A DNA stretch of 33,159 nucleotides from a virus (lineage: Duplodnaviria; Caudoviricetes), in the IMG/VR virus record IMGVR_UViG_3300032320_000349, positions 1 through 33,159 of that record. One strand, 5' to 3'. This document shows positions 25,471-33,159 of this stretch, piece after piece. Below the pieces are notes generated by a model that saw only the letters and a list, made by a program, of their open reading frames with translations, did not search any database and was not told the origin of the DNA. How positions within the stretch are numbered: position 1 is the first letter of the stretch; every line of letters starts with the position of its first letter. The translations under genes and the position numbers were made by a program.

Positions 25471-26687
25471 TGGTTGACCCAATTTTAGGTAATCCTAATC
25501 TTGTTAATCCAGATTACAAAGCACTTGCTGCTAAATTCGGCGGTCCTAATGCAACTATTCAACCTGGCTTTGATGAGTATGGAAACAGAATCCTTACATC
25601 ACCAGAGGGCAAGGGTGCTGCTTATCAACGGTTCCTATATGTTCAGCCAAACGGAAAAGACTGGTCAGAAGCAAATCAAGACCAGATAGTACGTGAGATT
25701 AAGAAAGAATTTAAGGGTCGCTCAGAAGAACTTCGCGCTCTCCTTTATCAAAAAGGATTCATGAGTGAGAAGGACTACATTACAAAGAGTGAGTCTGGTC
25801 TTAGCGGTGCTATCAAAGACGCAGCAAACAGCCACAGCATTGAAATGGTTGAACGTTATACCATTGATGGACGTACAGATTTAACAGCATTTGGTACTTG
25901 GCTAACAAGCAAGACTAGTTATGTATCTGGCGGTCCTTCAATTACTGCTCAGGAAATCACCAAGACTGATGCTGCTCAAATGCTTGACTCCTTTGTGACA
26001 GATATGCTCGGACGTGAATCAACTGTTGCTGAGAAGAAAGAGTTCTACAATCGTGTAATTAAAGAACAGAAGACTGCTCGCATCAAGACTACAACTAGTG
26101 GTGGAGTATCCAAGTCTTCAGGTTCTCTTCTTAATGAAGATGACTATGCACGCATTATGAGCGATGTAGTTATGCCATCTGTTCGTGGCACAGCCCTCGA
26201 GGATGTAGCAAAGGGTAATGGAAAGATTGCACAAAACATCTCAGAACTTAAGGCTTATGCTACAAACTTTGGCGTTCGCCTTAGCACACAGGATGCACTA
26301 GAGAAGGTTATGTCTGGCATGAAGCCAGGCGGAACACTGACAACTGGAAGCCTAGAGGCTCAGAAGCAATCTATTAAAACAATGTCTAAGGCTATGTACT
26401 CAAACTTAGCACAGTCTATTGACGATGGTATGGATATCAAGAGCATTGCAAATCAATATGCATACTACAAGGGACAGATTCTTGAGATGCCAGATAATGC
26501 TATTGACCCATTTGACCCAGATGTTCAGGCTGCACTACGCAATGATGGAAAGCCAGGAGTTATGAGTTTCACAGATTTCCAAAAGCGATTAAAGAAAGAC
26601 CCACGTTGGGCTACTACAAAGAATGCACGAGAAGAAGCATCTGGCTATGCCAATGAGATTCTCAAGTCATTCGGATTGATGGCATAA
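25470..26687 (+). CDS. Probable internal virion protein
   Basis: 405 aa, helical, TAATG-coupled. Confidence 0.5.
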   Translation: MVDPILGNPNLVNPDYKALAAKFGGPNATIQPGFDEYGNRILTSPEGKGAAYQRFLYVQPNGKDWSEANQDQIVREIKKEFKGRSEELRALLYQKGFMSEKDYITKSESGLSGAIKDAANSHSIEMVERYTIDGRTDLTAFGTWLTSKTSYVSGGPSITAQEITKTDAAQMLDSFVTDMLGRESTVAEKKEFYNRVIKEQKTARIKTTTSGGVSKSSGSLLNEDDYARIMSDVVMPSVRGTALEDVAKGNGKIAQNISELKAYATNFGVRLSTQDALEKVMSGMKPGGTLTTGSLEAQKQSIKTMSKAMYSNLAQSIDDGMDIKSIANQYAYYKGQILEMPDNAIDPFDPDVQAALRNDGKPGVMSFTDFQKRLKKDPRWATTKNAREEASGYANEILKSFGLMA

Positions 26688-28051
26688 TGGCTGGAGCATT
26701 TGATAGAGATACATTAAGTTTCAGCAAAGCAGATGAGCAGGCAAAGGCTGCTGGTTCACGTGCTGCTGCAGTAGAGGGCAAAGCACAGGCTAAGACTCAA
26801 ACTGACTACACAAAGACACTTGCTAAGACTAAGAGCACAATTGATTCTGATATAGCCAATGCTAAGAAGACGCTAGACCTTGCAAATAAAAAGGGAACAG
26901 CAGACCAGAAGGCTGCAGCAAAAGATTTCTATGACACATTAGTTGGCTTAAAGCCAATGCTAGATAAACTTGGCACAGAAGCATCTAACGTTTATAAAGG
27001 CGACAAAAGCATCCTAGAAAGCGACACAGCCTTTAAGGCTCAGGGTCGCACTGGTGTATCTTCAACTGGAAAGTACTACGTAGACGGCAAAGAAGTGTCT
27101 GCTCAGGAATACAAATCCAGTGCAGGTGGAACTGATATGACTGGTGGGATGGACGAGGACACACCTTTGTCACCTACCAGTGGAGCAACACCAGCACAAG
27201 TACAGGCAGATGCTGAGCGTAGAGATGCATTCGCATTACTAAAAGATATTTTTGCACAGTACGGTCTAGAAGATTTAGCCTCAACTATTGAGGGCTACAT
27301 GAAAGATGACATTGGTGTAAACCAAGCAACACTTCTACTTAAGCAGACACCTGCATACCAGACACGTTTTGCTGGAAATCAGATGCGTCTTAAGGCTGGA
27401 CTAAACGTACTATCAGAGGCTGAGTACCTAGCACTAGAGAACTCTTACTCGGAGACTCTCAGAGCATACGGTCAGGCTGGATACTTTGGCACAGACCGTG
27501 TTGCCCGTCAGGCTAAATTGGCTGCAGCAATTGGTGCTGATATTTCAGCAGTTGAATTTAAAGACAGAATTAGTACTGTCGTAGATAGAGTTGATAATGC
27601 TGACCCAGCAGTTAAATCTACTCTCCGTTCTTTCTATAACATTACAGATGAAGACTTAGTTGGATACTTCTTGAATCCTAAAGAGAATCTTCCACGTCTT
27701 AAAGAGAAGGTTACATCTGCTGAAATCGGCGCAACAGCCTTTGCACAGGGACTCGGTTCCAATGTGGCATCAGCAGAAGAACTTGCTAAGTATGGAGTAG
27801 ACCTAGAGACAGCACGTAAGGGATATGCAACTATTGCAGACATCCTACCTACTGCAACAAAACTAGGAGATATCTACAAAGAAGAAGGAATTAATTACAC
27901 ACAAACAATGGCAGAAGAAGAGACCTTCAAGGGTCTCGCCTCTGCGCAGCGTAAGCGCCAGCGTCTAGCAGAGAAAGAGATTGCTTCCTTCTCTGGTCAG
28001 TCTGGTGTAACACGTGGCTCATTAAGCACAGGAACATCTGGCTTAATCTAA
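26687..28051 (+). CDS. Probable internal virion protein
   Basis: 454 aa, Ala-rich and helical with a Gly/Ser C-terminus; coupled. Confidence 0.5.
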   Translation: MAGAFDRDTLSFSKADEQAKAAGSRAAAVEGKAQAKTQTDYTKTLAKTKSTIDSDIANAKKTLDLANKKGTADQKAAAKDFYDTLVGLKPMLDKLGTEASNVYKGDKSILESDTAFKAQGRTGVSSTGKYYVDGKEVSAQEYKSSAGGTDMTGGMDEDTPLSPTSGATPAQVQADAERRDAFALLKDIFAQYGLEDLASTIEGYMKDDIGVNQATLLLKQTPAYQTRFAGNQMRLKAGLNVLSEAEYLALENSYSETLRAYGQAGYFGTDRVARQAKLAAAIGADISAVEFKDRISTVVDRVDNADPAVKSTLRSFYNITDEDLVGYFLNPKENLPRLKEKVTSAEIGATAFAQGLGSNVASAEELAKYGVDLETARKGYATIADILPTATKLGDIYKEEGINYTQTMAEEETFKGLASAQRKRQRLAEKEIASFSGQSGVTRGSLSTGTSGLI

Positions 28052-28059
28052 TAAGAATC

Positions 28060-28142
28060 CTGAGCGGACCAACCAGCCCCGCCAGCGTATAAGACTGGTA
28101 GCAAGAGCCAGCCCGATTCCCCGATTGGATACTGAGGCTTGC
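28060..28142 (+). promoter_or_regulatory. Structured leader (pseudoknot plus hairpin) of the scaffold gene
   Basis: CTGaGCGG/CCGCCAG stem whose loop ACCAG pairs with CTGGT(28095-28099), then a GCAAG..CTTGC hairpin at 28101-28142. Confidence 0.45.
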
Positions 28143-28175
28143 GACTAACAACGAATAGAAGGGTGGACAGTTGCT

Positions 28176-28652
28176 ATGAGCAACAACTACTGGGATGAAG
28201 AAGACGAAGACGACCTAGATACAGAAACCTCTGTAGGCGATGGCGGTGACTTGTTAAAGAAGTTACGTAAAGCCAAGCGTGCTGACGAGAAGCGTATCAA
28301 AGAACTCACAGAGCAACTTGAGGGTTTATCCAAGGTGCAGCGTGAGCGTACTGTCAAAGAAGTCCTAGAAAAGAAGGGCGTCAATGCTAAGGCAGCGCGA
28401 CTTATTATGAAGGATTTGGAAGATGTTAACGAAGAGTCAGTTGCAAACTGGCTCGATGATAACGCTGACTTATTCGGACTAAAAGTTGAAGAGCCAGTAA
28501 ATGAAGAGCAGCAACTTAATCGAGCAACCTTAAGGCAGCAAGATGTTGTAACTCAAAATGCTATGACCCCTGAACGAGCAGATGAATTAACAATGAGATT
28601 AGAAAACGCTCAGAGCGCAGAAGAACTCATTGACTTCCTTCGCTCACAATAA
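28176..28652 (+). CDS. Capsid scaffolding protein
   Basis: Acidic N-terminus, coiled coil and C-terminal AQSAEELIDFLRSQ helix; directly upstream of the MCP. Confidence 0.75.
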   Translation: MSNNYWDEEDEDDLDTETSVGDGGDLLKKLRKAKRADEKRIKELTEQLEGLSKVQRERTVKEVLEKKGVNAKAARLIMKDLEDVNEESVANWLDDNADLFGLKVEEPVNEEQQLNRATLRQQDVVTQNAMTPERADELTMRLENAQSAEELIDFLRSQ

Positions 28653-28686
28653 CATTCATAGTTCCTAGTCACTTGGAGGTGACAAC

Positions 28687-29640
28687 ATGGCTAATGCCTA
28701 TACATCCACAGGTTCCTCCACTCTCGGAGGTACAGTTGGTGCGGCTGGTCTAGTTCAAAAGGCTTATGACCGCCTTTTGGAGTTTGCTCTCCGTTCTGAA
28801 CCACTTATTCGTTCAGTCGCAGACAAGCGTCCAGCACGCCAATCAATCCCAGGTTCAACAGTAGTTCTACAGAAGTACGTTGACCTATCAATTGCAACAA
28901 CTGCATTAACAGAAGATGCTGACCCAGATTCAGTAGCACTATCAACACCAACATCTGTAACCATTACTCTTAACGAGTACGGTAACTCAGTGTTGGTAAC
29001 ACGTGCGCTTGAACTCTTCAGCCTTGCTGATGTAGACCCAGCAATTGCTAACATCATTGCATTCAACCTTGCAGATTCTATTGACGCTGTAGCAATGGCA
29101 ACATTGCGTGGCGGTACAAACGTAATCTACTCAGGTTCAACAGCAACATCAACAGCAACAGTTACTGCTGCTGCAACACTATCATCTGCTAACATCCGCA
29201 AGGCAGTTGCAAAACTCCGTGCTAACAAGGCAGTTGCTCGCAAGGGCTCACTCTACTGGGCTGGTATCCACCCAGAAGTTTCACACGACCTTCGCGCCGA
29301 AACAGGCTCAGCAGGTTGGTTGCTTCCTAACCAATACGGTTCTGCACAAGACCGCATCTGGGCAGGAGAGATTGGAACATACGAAGGTGCATACTTCGTA
29401 GAGTCTCCACGTCTTTACAATGCAACAGACGGTGCTTCATCTGCTCGCGTATACCGCACTATTCTTGCTGGACAGCAAGCAATGGCAGAAGCAGTTGCTG
29501 AAGAACCACACACAGTCATCGGACCAGTAGTTGACAAGTTGATGCGTCATCGCCCAATGGGTTGGTACGGCGTACTCGGCTTTGCTCGCTACCGCGAAGA
29601 GGCTCTATACCGAATCGAATCAGGTTCATCAATCGCTTAA
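28687..29640 (+). CDS. Major capsid protein (HK97 fold, N4-gp56-like)
   Basis: 317 aa; LTEDADP, TITLNEYGN, IHPEV..DL, GEIG...G..F.ESP and GWYGVLG motifs; GGAGGT RBS and strongly biased codons. Confidence 0.92.
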   Translation: MANAYTSTGSSTLGGTVGAAGLVQKAYDRLLEFALRSEPLIRSVADKRPARQSIPGSTVVLQKYVDLSIATTALTEDADPDSVALSTPTSVTITLNEYGNSVLVTRALELFSLADVDPAIANIIAFNLADSIDAVAMATLRGGTNVIYSGSTATSTATVTAAATLSSANIRKAVAKLRANKAVARKGSLYWAGIHPEVSHDLRAETGSAGWLLPNQYGSAQDRIWAGEIGTYEGAYFVESPRLYNATDGASSARVYRTILAGQQAMAEAVAEEPHTVIGPVVDKLMRHRPMGWYGVLGFARYREEALYRIESGSSIA

Positions 29641-29650
29641 TTGATTGACG

Positions 29651-29678
29651 GATAGGCAGGGAGCAATCCCTGTCTATC
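29651..29678 (+). terminator. Post-capsid hairpin (terminator or stabiliser, no U-tract)
   Basis: GATAGGCAGGGA-GCAA-TCCCTGTCTATC: 12-bp stem with a GNRA loop. Confidence 0.7.
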
Positions 29679-29701
29679 AGTAAGTCCATTGAGGAGGACG
29701 C

Positions 29702-29971
29702 ATGACAGAGTATGTTTTTAAAACACCAACAGTCCGTGAAGGACCAGCAGGTGGACATCGCTTGTTCTACTTCTACAAGTTGGACAGAGGTATAACAATA
29801 GTTAAACACAATGGAACATATCATCAAGCCAGATATCTTCTAGATGAAGACTTGGCTGATTACGAAGAAGTCTACCTAGGCGGTAGAAACCACATAGTAA
29901 GTGAAGCAACTAAGGCAGCACTTATTGCTGGCAATGTTGGGATTACAGAAGCAAACTTTACAGCGCAGTAG
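29702..29971 (+). CDS. Hypothetical virion-associated protein
   Basis: GAGGAGG RBS; follows the MCP. Confidence 0.65.
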   Translation: MTEYVFKTPTVREGPAGGHRLFYFYKLDRGITIVKHNGTYHQARYLLDEDLADYEEVYLGGRNHIVSEATKAALIAGNVGITEANFTAQ

Positions 29972-29978
29972 GGGATAT

Positions 29979-30284
29979 ATGAAACACTGGGAAGCGCATC
30001 CAACCTATGTTGAGGGTTGTTTTGGATGTAAAGGTTTAAGTCTTCAGATGAACTCTGGAGATGCTAAGCGGGACGTTCCAGATAAAAAATGGAATGCTGA
30101 ATTGGCTGCATATCGAGATGCTAGAGCACAAGGTATACAACCAGCAGGTACAACTATGCGCCATGTTGAAGAGGCGCATAAAGCATCAGAGACTTTGGGC
30201 AGAGCCTATGATGCAGACACTATGCCTAAAGCAAGAGATATCAATTCCAAGACAGCCGAAGTAATGAAAGAACTGGGAGTATAA
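29979..30284 (+). CDS. Hypothetical protein with HxxxH...CxxC motif
   Basis: Start refined to MKHWEAHP (GGGGA RBS); CFGCK and GIQP.GT motifs. Confidence 0.65.
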   Translation: MKHWEAHPTYVEGCFGCKGLSLQMNSGDAKRDVPDKKWNAELAAYRDARAQGIQPAGTTMRHVEEAHKASETLGRAYDADTMPKARDINSKTAEVMKELGV

Positions 30285-30434
30285 ATGTCATCCAAGAATG
30301 AGAAGTACAAGTCTAAGACAGCAATGAAGAAGCACGAAAAGTCTGAAGGCAAAAAAGAGATGATGATGGAATACGGCAAGATTAAAAAAACAGCAAAGCG
30401 CGGAATGCTTAAGAAGATGGGAAAGAAAAAGTAA
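30285..30434 (+). CDS. 49-aa Lys/Met-rich basic protein
   Basis: MSSKNEKYKSKTAMKKHEKSEGKKE...KKMGKKK*. Absent from the ORF track. Confidence 0.65.
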   Translation: MSSKNEKYKSKTAMKKHEKSEGKKEMMMEYGKIKKTAKRGMLKKMGKKK

Positions 30435-30679
30435 TGGCACAAAAAGGAATGAAACCATCAGTAATGATTAAGCAGCGCGTTGGTGCTAAGCCAAAGGCTC
30501 CTAAAACAAACATGCCAAAGATTGGCAAAGTAAAGTCTGAGAAGACTCCAATGCCTAAGAAGATGACACCTGAACAGATTCAGGCAATGAATCAAAAGCG
30601 TGCTCTGGATAAACTTATGAAGAAGCGTATGGATACAGTTAAGAAGACTGGCGTATATCCTAACTATAGAACTAACTAA
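30434..30679 (+). CDS. Lys/Met-rich basic protein
   Basis: 81 aa; TAATG-coupled. Confidence 0.65.
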   Translation: MAQKGMKPSVMIKQRVGAKPKAPKTNMPKIGKVKSEKTPMPKKMTPEQIQAMNQKRALDKLMKKRMDTVKKTGVYPNYRTN

Positions 30680-30689
30680 GGAGTGACAT

Positions 30690-30854
30690 ATGAAAAAGAA
30701 AGCACATCCTGGATTCAAAGCAGTTGCTGCTGGAATCGCCAAGAAGCAGGGAATCTCGAAAGAGAGAGCCAGTGCAATTGTTGCATCAGCAGCACGCAAA
30801 GCATCTCCTGCTGCTAAAAAGAAGAACCCACGTTTAAAAAAGGTCAAAGGATAA
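30690..30854 (+). CDS. 54-aa basic protein
   Basis: MKKKAHPGFKAVAAGIAKKQGISKERASAIVASAARKASPAAKKKNPRLKKVKG*; AAGGAG RBS. Absent from the ORF track. Confidence 0.7.
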   Translation: MKKKAHPGFKAVAAGIAKKQGISKERASAIVASAARKASPAAKKKNPRLKKVKG

Positions 30855-31111
30855 TGACTGACCCTAGATTAAAACGAGCGGGAGTATCTGGCTTTAATAA
30901 GCCAAAGCGTACTCCTAACCATCCTAAGAAGTCACATATTGTTGTGGCTAAAGAAGGTAGCAAGATTAAGACAATTCGTTTTGGTCAGCAAGGTGTTGTT
31001 GGAGATAGAAAACCAACAGCACGTCAGGCTTCATTTAAAGCACGTCACGCAAAGAACATTGCCAAAGGCAAGATGAGTGCAGCGTATTGGGCAGATAAAG
31101 TTAAGTGGTAA
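30854..31111 (+). CDS. Basic phage protein
   Basis: KPKRTP.HP.KSH.V...K.IRFGQQG...SFKARH...SAAYWA...W. Confidence 0.7.
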   Translation: MTDPRLKRAGVSGFNKPKRTPNHPKKSHIVVAKEGSKIKTIRFGQQGVVGDRKPTARQASFKARHAKNIAKGKMSAAYWADKVKW

Positions 31112-31125
31112 GAAAGTAGGGGACA

Positions 31126-31803
31126 ATGCAAGAAACAGTATCTATCGCTTGGTGCGATAACGGTATGGTTGATGGAAAGTTTATGCAGGGAGTTACAGAT
31201 GTACTCCTTAAGTCAGGTATAAAGTTTGAATCAACTATCCGTAGTTCTGGTAATCAGATTGCTAGGCAACGTGAGTACGTTATTAGATATTGGTACGAAA
31301 AGAACAAATCGGACTGGCTGCTCTGGGTAGACTCAGATGTAGTAATCAGTCCAGAAAACTTCTTAAGACTGTGGAACAAGAAGGATGCCAAGAAGCATCC
31401 TATTGTTACTGGCGTTTACTTTACAACTAAAAACCCAGAGGAACCTTTAATGGTTCCTACACCAACAGTATTTCAGTTTGCAGAAAAAGACGGGATTATA
31501 GGTATCTCTCCTATACATCCTTTGCCTAAAGATAAGTTTATAAAAGTCAGCGCTGCTGGTATGGGGTTTGTCCTTATGCACAGAGGCGTTGTAGAAAAGA
31601 TAGTCGAAAATGTTCCTGACGTAGCAATGTTTGCAGAGGCTGGAACTGAAAAGACTTTCATTGGTGAAGATATATATTTCTTTGCGCTATGCGATAAGGC
31701 TGGCGTAGAGGTCTGGTGTGACACGGGAGCAACCGTGCCACATATGAAACGGTTCTCATTTGATGAACATTATTACAATGCAATGACTAAAGGGAGAGAA
31801 TAA
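31126..31803 (+). CDS. Glycosyltransferase (GT-A / GT2-like)
   Basis: WLLWVDSD (DxD), AAGMGFVLMHR, GEDIYF and D.G..VPH motifs. Confidence 0.82.
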   Translation: MQETVSIAWCDNGMVDGKFMQGVTDVLLKSGIKFESTIRSSGNQIARQREYVIRYWYEKNKSDWLLWVDSDVVISPENFLRLWNKKDAKKHPIVTGVYFTTKNPEEPLMVPTPTVFQFAEKDGIIGISPIHPLPKDKFIKVSAAGMGFVLMHRGVVEKIVENVPDVAMFAEAGTEKTFIGEDIYFFALCDKAGVEVWCDTGATVPHMKRFSFDEHYYNAMTKGRE

Positions 31804-32069
31804 TGGCTGGTACTGCTGGTAGTACGTTATGTGCCGAACTTAATCGTCTGGCTAATGGCGGAACATATCCTGCAAGAACTGCATTCCTTGATGAACAGGG
31901 TGCTGCAAACAAGTGGGCTGGTACTACAGGTAAGGGCATCATTGGTGCACTTAACTACAAAGTCAGTTCATCTCGCCAGCCATCAGCCTTTAAAGACTTG
32001 AATGGTGTTTGCAATGAACTTGCTGGAACTACTGGCAAATCTGCGGTTGACGCATTAAGGACTCTATAA
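31803..32069 (+). CDS. Small virion protein with internal repeat
   Basis: Two copies of N..AGTTGK....AL. Confidence 0.6.
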   Translation: MAGTAGSTLCAELNRLANGGTYPARTAFLDEQGAANKWAGTTGKGIIGALNYKVSSSRQPSAFKDLNGVCNELAGTTGKSAVDALRTL

Positions 32070-32986
32070 TGACTACCCTATCTAATATGATTGATGAAGT
32101 TCTCATTAATCTATCTGGTTATACATTTCAGCAAGACCGAACAACCTATCTGTCTTCTGCGGTAACAACAACTACTTCTTCCTCTGCGTCTCCGTTAATC
32201 CTTAGCCTAGGTTCTACTGACTCCTTGGGCAAGGGTATTGTTGAGATTGACGAAGAGTTACTATGGGTAGATTCATATGACCGTGTTGCTAACACAGCAA
32301 CAGTTGCTCCTTACGGACGTGGCTATTTAGGCACAACAGCAGCAACTCACACAGCAGATAGCAAGGTAACTATTGCTCCTACATTCCCACGCTTTGTAGT
32401 AAAGCGTGCTATTAATGATACTGTCCGAGCAATCGGAGCCAGCATCTTTGCCGTTAAGCAGACTACATTTACATACAATGCTGCAGTAACTACATACGAA
32501 TTAGATAACTTAAACATACAAAATATTATTACAATGCACTGGCAAGAAGTAGGACCATCTAAAGAATGGATTCGCGTCAAGCGATTTGACTTTGATGCGT
32601 TCCCAGATGTTACTACTTGGGGTGCGGGAGCACAGACAGTAACTATTGGTGATTACATTACACCTGGCAGAACAGTCAAAGTTACCTATGCAACAGCCCC
32701 AGCAGCGTTTAGCGCTAACACTGATGTCTTTACAACAGTGACTGGACTACCAGAGTCTTGCAAAGATGTAGTAGTTCTTGGCTCTATCTATCGCCTACTC
32801 TCATTCCTTGACCCAGCACGTGCTGCTCAGGTTAGCCCACAGGCTGATGAGACAGATAGCAAGCGTCCATACGGTGCATCACAGACAGCAACAAAACAGA
32901 TTTACGCTTTGTTTACTCAGCGTTTAGCAGAAGAAACTTTATCGCAACAACAACAGTATCCACCCCGCGCTCATTACGGTAGATAA
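32069..32986 (+). CDS. Probable head-tail adaptor / tail tubular protein
   Basis: MTTL..MIDEV N-terminus, AIND, and a C-terminal LPE...DVVVLG..YRLL helix typical of adaptors. Confidence 0.55.
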   Translation: MTTLSNMIDEVLINLSGYTFQQDRTTYLSSAVTTTTSSSASPLILSLGSTDSLGKGIVEIDEELLWVDSYDRVANTATVAPYGRGYLGTTAATHTADSKVTIAPTFPRFVVKRAINDTVRAIGASIFAVKQTTFTYNAAVTTYELDNLNIQNIITMHWQEVGPSKEWIRVKRFDFDAFPDVTTWGAGAQTVTIGDYITPGRTVKVTYATAPAAFSANTDVFTTVTGLPESCKDVVVLGSIYRLLSFLDPARAAQVSPQADETDSKRPYGASQTATKQIYALFTQRLAEETLSQQQQYPPRAHYGR

Positions 32987-32995
32987 GGAACCTGA

Positions 32996-33159
32996 ATGAC
33001 AACTAGAAAATACTCCTCACGCTCTCAGCAAACAACGCTGACTGGCGCACTTACCTCATCAGGTACATCTGCCACTGTTGTGTCAGGTACAGCACTCCTT
33101 GGTGGTGTAACAATCTCCGCTGGTGAAACCTTTACAGTAGTAATTGACCCAGATACAGC
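32996..33159 (+). CDS. Tail/fibre protein N-terminus (3'-truncated)
   Basis: MTTRKYSSRSQQTTLTGALTSSGTSATVVSG...; Thr/Ser/Gly-rich and runs off the window. Confidence 0.55.
   Translation, partial: MTTRKYSSRSQQTTLTGALTSSGTSATVVSGTALLGGVTISAGETFTVVIDPDT

Noticed and set aside
28668-28683. GTCAC/GTGAC mini-hairpin around the capsid RBS
   Set aside because: Only 5-6 bp and partly dictated by the GGAGGTGA SD; too weak to call regulatory.

Overview
This window is most of the genome of a tailed dsDNA phage (Caudoviricetes). It is probably podovirus-like and infects a low-GC actinobacterium. The host inference rests on WhiB, a DUF4192-like gene, an actinobacterial-type SLT and GC in the low 40s by eye; freshwater acI/Nanopelagicales is plausible but unproven. 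Layout: (i) the end of the lysis cassette on + (endolysin C-terminus, holin, terminator). (ii) A leftward arm at 509-12118: many tiny early Zn-ribbon/membrane ORFs, an SSB-like gene, a secreted SLT, DUF4192-like, DUF932, a Cas4/RecB-like exonuclease, a DnaB-like helicase, a resolvase, a split primase, DUF1599/Nmad1, a sigma factor, an FmdB-like gene, WhiB and two PD-(D/E)XK-like genes. No DNA polymerase is visible. (iii) A repeat- and palindrome-rich divergent control region at about 12120-12640. (iv) A rightward late arm: TerL with an N-terminal HTH, six very basic proteins, portal, an HslV/proteasome-beta-type protease, three large probable ejection proteins, scaffold, major capsid, a second basic-protein cluster, a glycosyltransferase and the first tail genes. 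The best novelty candidates are: a modular array of Lys-rich proteins with a shared N-terminal MANPxKxxK tag and repeated junctions, next to an Ntn protease; a 5'-leader hairpin whose loop is antisense to the AAGGAGAC ribosome-binding site shared by several early genes; two pseudoknot leaders; and an apparently complete absence of GATC. All calls come from motifs read by eye; no searches were run.
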